Assembly (NCBI GenBank): GCA_028703755.1
Contig: JAQVMG010000002.1
Coordinates: 1 to 37,625, forward strand
DNA length: 37,625 bases
Direction of reading: 5' to 3'
Origin: Thermoplasmata archaeon
GTDB lineage: Archaea; Thermoplasmatota; Thermoplasmata; SG8-5
The position numbers and the translations under genes were made by a program. Under the pieces are notes generated by a model. The model did not search any database and was not told the DNA's origin. It saw only the letters and a list, made by a program, of their open reading frames with translations. This document shows, in pieces, positions 27,510 to 33,436 of the stretch (positions are counted from its first letter, which is position 1; each line of letters starts with the position of its first letter).

Positions 27510-28091
27510 ATGGCCTTCCGGGCATTCATTGCTGCCGAGGTTCCGTTTTCTCCAGAGTTGGAATCTTTTTCAAAGGCTGTAAAAGCATCCGGCGCCTCCG
27601 CAAAAATGGTGGACCTGCGCAACATCCACATCACGCTGAAGTTCCTGGGTGATACCGACGAGGCGCTGGTTCCTGACATCGAGAAGGTGATGAGGGCCGC
27701 GGTCTCGGAAATTTCTCCTTTCAGGATGCAGTTGAAAGGCACTGGCGCATTCCCGAACCTCAACCGGATATCTGTTGTCTGGGCCGGGCTGGAAGGGGCT
27801 GAACCGCTGGCGACAGTCGCGAAAAGGATTGACGAAGGTCTGAAGCCCCTTGGTTTCGAACCCGAGAAAAGGGCATTCTCCCCGCATGTGACGGTGGCCA
27901 GAATCAGGGACGGACGAAACGTTCGGGAGTTGGCCGAAGTAATCCGCGAATGGGAACATTCAAATTTCGGGGAAGTGCCAGTAGACCGAATCATCCTCAA
28001 GAAGAGCGTTCTGCGGCCGGAAGGGCCGGTTTATTCCGATGTAGCTTTTGCGGAGTTACCTTTATATAACCTCAGAGTGCATCATCCTTAA
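27510..28091 (+). CDS. thpR: RNA 2',3'-cyclic phosphodiesterase / 2'-5' RNA ligase family (2H phosphoesterase)
   Basis: Two HxT/SxT motifs are present at the expected spacing: IHITLKFLG and PHVTVARI. The ATG abuts the pyrH stop. Confidence 0.88.
   Translation: MAFRAFIAAEVPFSPELESFSKAVKASGASAKMVDLRNIHITLKFLGDTDEALVPDIEKVMRAAVSEISPFRMQLKGTGAFPNLNRISVVWAGLEGAEPLATVAKRIDEGLKPLGFEPEKRAFSPHVTVARIRDGRNVRELAEVIREWEHSNFGEVPVDRIILKKSVLRPEGPVYSDVAFAELPLYNLRVHHP
28061..28068 (+). promoter_or_regulatory. TATA box (TTTATATA) of tbp copy 1
   Basis: The box sits in the context CCTTTATATAAC, 48 nt upstream of the ATG at 28116. An AGGGGGG SD lies at 28101-28107. The same CCTTTATATA + AGGGGG arrangement precedes tbp copy 2. 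Confidence 0.6.
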
Positions 28092-28115
28092 TAACCCATC
28101 AGGGGGGCCGAAACT

Positions 28116-28673
28116 ATGTCTGAAGCACAGAAAATTAGCGTCGAGAACATTGTGGCATCAACTTCCCTTGCAGAGAAACTTGACCTGAATCAGGTCGCCC
28201 TCGTGCTGGAAGGTGCCGAATACGAGCCGGAACAGTTCCCAGGCCTGGTTTACAGGCTGAAGGAGGAAAAGACAGCGATACTGCTTTTCAGAAGCGGGAA
28301 GGCCAATTGCACCGGAGGCAAGACAATCGAGAGTGTCCGGAGGACAATAAAGACGGTCAGCAAGAAGCTGGAGAAAGCCGGAATGCCCGTGATCAAGGAT
28401 CCGGTCATCACCGTTCAGAACATTGTGGCTGTCTATGACCTCAAGCATGACCTGAATCTCAATGCGATTGCAATCACACTCGGCCTTGAACGGGTCGAGT
28501 ATGAGCCCGAACAATTCCCAGGCCTCGTATTCAGGGTCGCAAAACCCAAGGTGGCAATGCTGCTTTTCGGTTCAGGAAAGGTCGTCTGCACCGGGGCAAA
28601 GACCGTTGAAGACATTGGGATTGCTGTCGAAGCAGTCAGGAAGGAGCTTCAGGCCGCCGGGCTTCTCAACTGA
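28116..28673 (+). CDS. tbp: TATA-box binding protein, copy 1
   Basis: The 185-aa protein has two internal TBP repeats (ENIVAS...EPEQFPGLVYRL...LLFRSGKANCTG / QNIVAV...EPEQFPGLVFRV...LLFGSGKVVCTG). Confidence 0.95.
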   Translation: MSEAQKISVENIVASTSLAEKLDLNQVALVLEGAEYEPEQFPGLVYRLKEEKTAILLFRSGKANCTGGKTIESVRRTIKTVSKKLEKAGMPVIKDPVITVQNIVAVYDLKHDLNLNAIAITLGLERVEYEPEQFPGLVFRVAKPKVAMLLFGSGKVVCTGAKTVEDIGIAVEAVRKELQAAGLLN

Positions 28674-28805
28674 GCAAAACTATCTGAAGCGCACTCGTTC
28701 AACCGCCTCGTTGTCCTGGCTAACCGCCCCTCGGTTCAGTTCCGGCCAACATTATCATGCCTCGGCTGATTGTTTTCATGTTGAATTCCGAGGCCGGGGT
28801 TGTAC

Positions 28806-28828
28806 CGCCAGATTTTGAAAATCTGGCG
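28806..28828. repeat. Perfect 23-bp palindrome CGCCAGATTTT-G-AAAATCTGGCG
   Basis: Read directly from the sequence. It lies in the tbp1-tbp2 spacer. Confidence 0.8.
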
Positions 28829-29104
28829 ATATGACATGATTACCGTCATCATACTTAGGATTCCTCGGGGCTTGCCCCGGGGAGGTATTTAAATCGGCAT
28901 TCTACCCGGTCCAGAGGCCTCGGCACCGGCCAACCACACAGATTTTCGAGCATGCGAACCCAATTTTTCTTATTTGCCGAATCTTTTTCTTTTGGGGGGT
29001 GAGCCCCGCAGGCGACAGTGTCGCCGAGGCAAAACCGAAATCGCAGAAACGGTTGAGAGCGCAGAAAATCTAAAAAGAAAAATACTGCGACCAACCCGAC
29101 TACG

Positions 29105-29340
29105 GTTCTTGACAATTGGGGAACGAAGTTTGAACGAAACGTATCTGTGCTAGAGCTGAGAAAATGATGATTGCCTGGCTTGTGTTAGCCAGGCAAGTAC
29201 CTGACATCCCCGCCCCTGCGGAGGCGGGGTTTTCCAATACAGAGCAACAGAATGCCCCAGAATGCCTGTCACCCATACAGCCAATAATATGAAACCCCGC
29301 CCTAATAAAACACTGTAAAAATGCCAGGCGGGGCATGCTG
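29105..29340 (-). repeat. Candidate structured RNA / repeat element, copy B (inverted relative to copy A)
   Basis: The minus strand carries the same ordered blocks and three hairpins as copy A: + coordinates 29295-29302/29326-29333, 29208-29214/29223-29229, and 29171-29180/29187-29196. The loops differ from those of copy A. Confidence 0.7.
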
Positions 29341-29367
29341 CAGATATAGTCATTGCCACAGGCAGCC

Positions 29368-29375
29368 TTTATATA
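29368..29375 (+). promoter_or_regulatory. TATA box (TTTATATA) of tbp copy 2; its TA-rich surroundings could also fire divergently toward element B
   Basis: The sequence CCTTTATATACTATATATAC lies 58 nt upstream of the TTG start at 29426. An AGGGGG SD lies at 29411-29416. Confidence 0.55.
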
Positions 29376-29425
29376 CTATATATACATAATAGACAGAAAT
29401 CGCACTGATTAGGGGGCGTGAAACA

Positions 29426-29983
29426 TTGACCGAAAAACAGAAAATCAGCATCGAAAACATAGTGGCATCGACAACGCTGGCCGAGAAGCTTGACCTGAAC
29501 CAGGTCGCTCTCGCCCTGGACGGCGCGGAATACGAGCCGGAGCAGTTCCCCGGCCTGGTTTACAGGCTTAAGGAGGAAAGGACTGCCATTCTGCTCTTCA
29601 GGAGCGGAAAGGCGAACTGCACAGGCGCCAAGACCATCGAGAGCGTCAAGAAGACCATAAAGACGGTCAGCAAGAAGCTTGAGAAAGCCGGACTTCCCGT
29701 CATCAAGGACCCGGTCATCACCGTACAGAACATAGTTGCTGTTTACGACCTCAAGAACGACCTCAACCTAAACGCAATCGCGATTACTCTGGGTCTAGAG
29801 CGCGTCGAGTACGAGCCCGAGCAATTCCCCGGCCTCGTTTACAGAGTCGCCGACCCCAAGGTCGTCATGCTGCTCTTCGGCTCGGGAAAAGTCGTCTGCA
29901 CAGGTGCCAAGAAAGTCGATGACATCGAAACAGGCGTAGAGACCCTGAAAAAGGAGCTCAGAGCCGCCGGACTGCTTCACTAA
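29426..29983 (+). CDS. tbp: TATA-box binding protein, copy 2 (TTG start)
   Basis: The 185-aa protein is colinear with copy 1, with about 25 substitutions by eye. The TTG aligns exactly with the ATG of copy 1. An in-frame stop lies at 29390, and there is no in-frame ATG between that stop and the TTG. Confidence 0.92.
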   Translation: MTEKQKISIENIVASTTLAEKLDLNQVALALDGAEYEPEQFPGLVYRLKEERTAILLFRSGKANCTGAKTIESVKKTIKTVSKKLEKAGLPVIKDPVITVQNIVAVYDLKNDLNLNAIAITLGLERVEYEPEQFPGLVYRVADPKVVMLLFGSGKVVCTGAKKVDDIETGVETLKKELRAAGLLH

Positions 29984-29998
29984 ACAGCTGGCAATTCC

Positions 29999-31990
29999 AT
30001 GAACAGGGTACTTGCTTTAATCATTTCAGTTTGCGTCCTGGCCGGTTCCGTCATAGCCCCCATGTCTGGTACTGTGCCTGCGGATTCTCCCCCGCAGCCG
30101 GGAACCCGAGCTGATGCCCCGCTTATGATAATCAAGAACATAACCCATGATTACACCTGGGGCACAAATTACACTTTCATCTACATCATGATCGACCTAT
30201 GGGTCGAAGCGGATGTCACTCTGACAATCGAGCCGGGCACAGTCGTGAAGTTCGACCCGGGCACAAGCCTTCACGTCAGGGGCGGCATAATCGCGGACGG
30301 ATTTCCTTCCCAAAACATAACGTTCATGCCTTTCATCATGCCTGCGGCACCGATGGACTGGGAGGGCATAACCCTGGAAAATGCCACTGACCCGTGTGTA
30401 TTTGACAATGTGAACATCACTTTTTCGAGCGGCGGAATCGCATGCTGGGGTACCGATGCAGTCATAACCAATTCCTCGATTTCCTCAACTCAATTCTACG
30501 GGGTTCTCTGCGGGATGAACAGTGCACCCTTGGTACGGAACAACTTCATCAATGCCGCCGAATGGACCGGCATAATCTGCGAGAACCGGTCTGACCCGGA
30601 CATACGGAACAACAGGATTGAACTCTGTTATTACGGAATAGTCTGCTACGATGTGGCGGAAATCACAGCCAACAGAATAGAAAACTGCCTGTTCGGTATC
30701 GTCGGCTGGGGAAACTCCACAATATCCGCAAATGAGATAATTCACTGCCGCGACGGCATCCATGCGTTCTATGCCTCTCCGATCATCGAGGACAATGTCA
30801 TAATGTACTGCACGGGCAACGGCACCAGGTTCTTCCATTCCAATGCCACTGTGCGGAACAACAGGCTTGCATACAACTTTGTCGGGATGGACATCAACTA
30901 CGAGTCCCGGAGCATTCTGGATAACATGGACAACAATCTTGTCAACGGCATTGATATCACTGAGTGCTACCGTGTCGGCGAGAAGGACACTGTAATCGAC
31001 GGCCTCTTCATCGATTCAGGATGGTCAGGCGGATATTCCGGCAGTATCAATGCACAGGGTTCGATTACACTCTACGACTGTGAGAACGTTACCGTCAGGA
31101 ACAGCACAGTCCTCAATTCAATGAATTCCTTCTTCGTGTCGAATTCAACATTCACGATATATAATTCCAACCTGAGCAATGCTGTAATCTCCCAGATTAA
31201 CCTTGACCAGAATGCGACCGGCATCGGTTTCAACAACTCGGTGGACCCGGACCAGGTCCGCATCGGCGGCATCAACTGCCTGTTCCAGACATTCGACGAC
31301 CTCAAGGTCATGGTGCTGGATTATTACCACCGCCCGCTGCAGAACGCAACCGTGGTCGTGGAAGAGAGCCATCTTGAGCTTTACAACGTCACAACGGGTT
31401 TGGACGGGTTGACTTCCAATATGGTGGTCAAGGACCGAACCGTGTCAGACGCGGGTGTGATATATTCCCCTCTGGATGTTTATGTTTACGCCGAGAATTA
31501 CAGCTTCGACCCGAATCCGCAGACCGGCGTCTATGTTTCACAGGAAGACCTCATCATCTTCACCGACAGGGGCGATGTCTTCCCGCCTTCGGTCGTTTCC
31601 TACAGCATAACCAACGGCGACAGGTCTTTCCCGGTTAACGGCACCATAACATTCACTTTCAGCGAACCGATGAACAGGACCTCGGTTGAAGCCGCATTCT
31701 CCTTCACAGCCAATGTAACTGTGACCTTCGTGTGGAACGAGGACAATACCAGCGTGACGTTCGTGCCTTCCCAGCTTACCCACTCGACGTATTACACACT
31801 GACACTTTCGACAGGCGCCATGGACCTATGGGACAATTCTATCGAGGACCCACTCGCCATCTCGTTCACAACCGTCCAGGCCCCCGGAGCGAGCTCAGGC
31901 ACGATTATGGGTGTGGCGATAGCTATACTTGTCATCGCAGGAATATCCGGATTCCTGGCCCTGAGAATGGTGAAATCAAAATACAAATGA
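29999..31990 (+). CDS. Surface protein with a signal peptide, right-handed parallel beta-helix (PbH1/NosD-like) repeats, a SbsA/Big_5-like Ig domain and a C-terminal TM anchor
   Basis: The N-terminus is MNRVLALIISVCVLAGSVIAP. A ~22-aa periodicity follows (NNFINAAEWTGIICE / NNRIELCYYGIVCY / ANRIENCLFGIVGW / ANEIIHCRDGIHAF / DNVIMYCTGNGTRF). The Ig-like segment reads PPSVVSYSITNGD...TFTFSEPMNRTSVE. The C-terminus is IMGVAIAILVIAGISGFLALRMVKSKYK. The protein has many N-x-S/T sequons. Confidence 0.8.
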   Translation: MNRVLALIISVCVLAGSVIAPMSGTVPADSPPQPGTRADAPLMIIKNITHDYTWGTNYTFIYIMIDLWVEADVTLTIEPGTVVKFDPGTSLHVRGGIIADGFPSQNITFMPFIMPAAPMDWEGITLENATDPCVFDNVNITFSSGGIACWGTDAVITNSSISSTQFYGVLCGMNSAPLVRNNFINAAEWTGIICENRSDPDIRNNRIELCYYGIVCYDVAEITANRIENCLFGIVGWGNSTISANEIIHCRDGIHAFYASPIIEDNVIMYCTGNGTRFFHSNATVRNNRLAYNFVGMDINYESRSILDNMDNNLVNGIDITECYRVGEKDTVIDGLFIDSGWSGGYSGSINAQGSITLYDCENVTVRNSTVLNSMNSFFVSNSTFTIYNSNLSNAVISQINLDQNATGIGFNNSVDPDQVRIGGINCLFQTFDDLKVMVLDYYHRPLQNATVVVEESHLELYNVTTGLDGLTSNMVVKDRTVSDAGVIYSPLDVYVYAENYSFDPNPQTGVYVSQEDLIIFTDRGDVFPPSVVSYSITNGDRSFPVNGTITFTFSEPMNRTSVEAAFSFTANVTVTFVWNEDNTSVTFVPSQLTHSTYYTLTLSTGAMDLWDNSIEDPLAISFTTVQAPGASSGTIMGVAIAILVIAGISGFLALRMVKSKYK

Positions 31991-32000
31991 GCCGATAACT

Positions 32001-32008
32001 TTTTTATA
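32001..32008 (+). promoter_or_regulatory. TATA box candidate (TTTTTATA) for the 32033 gene (leaderless spacing)
   Basis: The box lies 25 nt upstream of the ATG at 32033. No SD is present. Confidence 0.45.
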
Positions 32009-32032
32009 CACCGTTCTATATATAATACCGGG

Positions 32033-32776
32033 ATGTTCGGAAACAGGCTGTCCAAGAAAGATGAGACCACCAGGCAGCTTCAGGCTTCGGGTGTTTACAG
32101 CCTCGGCCGTTCGCCGCACCCGTTCATCGTTGACGACGGAACCGTCGAAGCGGTGAAGCAGAAAAAGATATACGGTTTCTGGAAAGGTGTCTGGTACACG
32201 GCGGTTCTATCTATCCTTCTTTTCTGGCTGCCGCCGTTCGGACAGATGGTCGCCGGCTATGTCGGCGGCAGGAAGGCCGGTACACCCATGAAAGGCGTTC
32301 TGGCAGCGCTTCTGCCGATGATGTTCATATTCACCCTGGCTCTTATCAGCTATTTGGGCTATTTTGTCAGCCCGATTGACAGGTTCCTCGGGATTCCCGG
32401 TGAAGCGGCGGGATACCTCTCCACCGCCCTGCCTGTTTTTGGCCCTGTGTTCGGCTTCATGGCAGAGTATCTGGGCACTTTCATATCCTCGTCGATTCAG
32501 TTCCTTGTTTATCCCTATGTTCTGACTGTGCTGTTTGGCTATGTCGGCGGCATTCTGTCACTTCAGCATCGGAAGGAGATGGAGGCCGAAGGGAAATCCC
32601 ACCCGTTCATTGCCGTGGTCCCTGTGCCAAGCGAACAGAAAGACGCGGAACCGGAAACCATCAGCGAAGTTCCCGAAAAACCCCCACAAAAGGGGAAAGA
32701 AAGCAAGCCCATGGTCCTGGCCAAGCCGTCCCAGGGCTGGAAGATGAAAAGCGACAGGAAGAAAGGGAAATGGTGA
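32033..32776 (+). CDS. Hypothetical integral membrane protein (about 4 TM) with a P/E/K-rich C-terminal tail
   Basis: The 247-aa ORF has clear hydrophobic segments. No family was recognised. Confidence 0.6.
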   Translation: MFGNRLSKKDETTRQLQASGVYSLGRSPHPFIVDDGTVEAVKQKKIYGFWKGVWYTAVLSILLFWLPPFGQMVAGYVGGRKAGTPMKGVLAALLPMMFIFTLALISYLGYFVSPIDRFLGIPGEAAGYLSTALPVFGPVFGFMAEYLGTFISSSIQFLVYPYVLTVLFGYVGGILSLQHRKEMEAEGKSHPFIAVVPVPSEQKDAEPETISEVPEKPPQKGKESKPMVLAKPSQGWKMKSDRKKGKW

Positions 32777-32790
32777 CCGCCCGATTGAAG

Positions 32791-32800
32791 TTTTAAATAT
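32791..32800 (+). promoter_or_regulatory. TATA box (TTTTAAATAT) of tRNA-Gly
   Basis: The box is centred about 31 nt upstream of tRNA position 1 (32827). Confidence 0.55.
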
Positions 32801-32826
32801 TGTGCGATATATCCGGATTCACCTGT

Positions 32827-32899
32827 GCGGATGTGATCTAGTTGGCTAGGATTCAAGCTTCCCAAGCTTGCTGCTCGGGTTCAAATCCCGGCATCCGCA
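32827..32899 (+). tRNA. tRNA-Gly (anticodon CCC), 73 nt, no encoded CCA, no intron
   Basis: I folded this by hand. The acceptor stem is GCGGAUG/CAUCCGC (7 perfect bp). The D stem is AUCU/GGAU with an AGUUGGCUA loop. The anticodon stem is CAAGC/GCUUG with the loop UU-CCC-AA. The T arm is UCGGG-UUCAAAU-CCCGG and the discriminator is A. A T-run follows. Confidence 0.9.
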
Positions 32900-33089
32900 T
32901 CTTTTTCTTCACGTCATTCTCATAAGTAGGCAGAAAAAGATGCTCTAGAATGATAATATACGCCTAATACTTAGTGATATCAGAATCAATTCGTATTAGG
33001 CTGGCCGAGAATTATAAGACCATATTAATTTCTAAGCATATAATTCGAGTGCGACGAATTCGCCTATCGCATTTATCTGCAGAGAATTC

Positions 33090-33144
33090 GTCAGCACCGC
33101 CAAACTAGCGACTATTACATTTAGTTACAAAGTCTGTTTGGCGG
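33090..33144 (+). repeat. 55-nt hairpin repeat, copy 1 (GTCAGCACCGCCAAAC...GTTTGGCGG)
   Basis: This copy is 55/55 identical to 33241-33295. It contains a 9-bp inverted repeat CCGCCAAAC/GTTTGGCGG with a further GACU/AGUC pairing inside. Confidence 0.85.
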
Positions 33145-33240
33145 GTAAGTGCATGGAGTCGTTTCTATCTATCTTCGTCGGTGTATTCGTCTTCTCTCGG
33201 TCTATTGCGGAGAATACGCCAGAGTGAAGACCTCGAGCGC

Positions 33241-33295
33241 GTCAGCACCGCCAAACTAGCGACTATTACATTTAGTTACAAAGTCTGTTTGGCGG
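33241..33295 (+). repeat. 55-nt hairpin repeat, copy 2
   Basis: This copy is identical to copy 1 and lies 151 nt downstream in direct orientation. Confidence 0.85.
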
Positions 33296-33436
33296 ATATC
33301 CTTTCTAGCATAGAATCGTTTCCAATCATCTTTTACATCCTGGCATATGTATTTTCTTTTGTATTCCATCTCCATAATTTATTTATAGTGTCAAATGTAA
33401 TGCCATTATGCAAAATAATTGCAGAAGGTTTAAAAA

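Noticed and set aside
29163-29206. Possible C/D box sRNA on the + strand (AUGAUGA at 29164-29170 and CUGA at 29201-29204)
   Set aside because: There are no internal D'/C' boxes. The 30 nt between the boxes form a perfect 10-bp hairpin instead of guide sequences. The boxes are not conserved at the equivalent position of copy A.
28855-29359. Minus-strand ORFs in the tbp spacer (28855..29115, 29100..29336, 29150..29359)
   Set aside because: None has an SD or a family resemblance. The 29100..29336 frame is interrupted after 8 codons in the homologous copy A, and the region is better explained by conserved hairpins.
33049-33332. CRISPR array or replication origin as an explanation for the repeats after tRNA-Gly
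   Set aside because: There are only two repeat copies, and the so-called spacers are themselves homologous, so this is a tandem duplication. No cas genes are present. I recognise no ORB-like boxes (GTTCCAGTGGAAAC type), and there is no orc1/cdc6 gene in the window.
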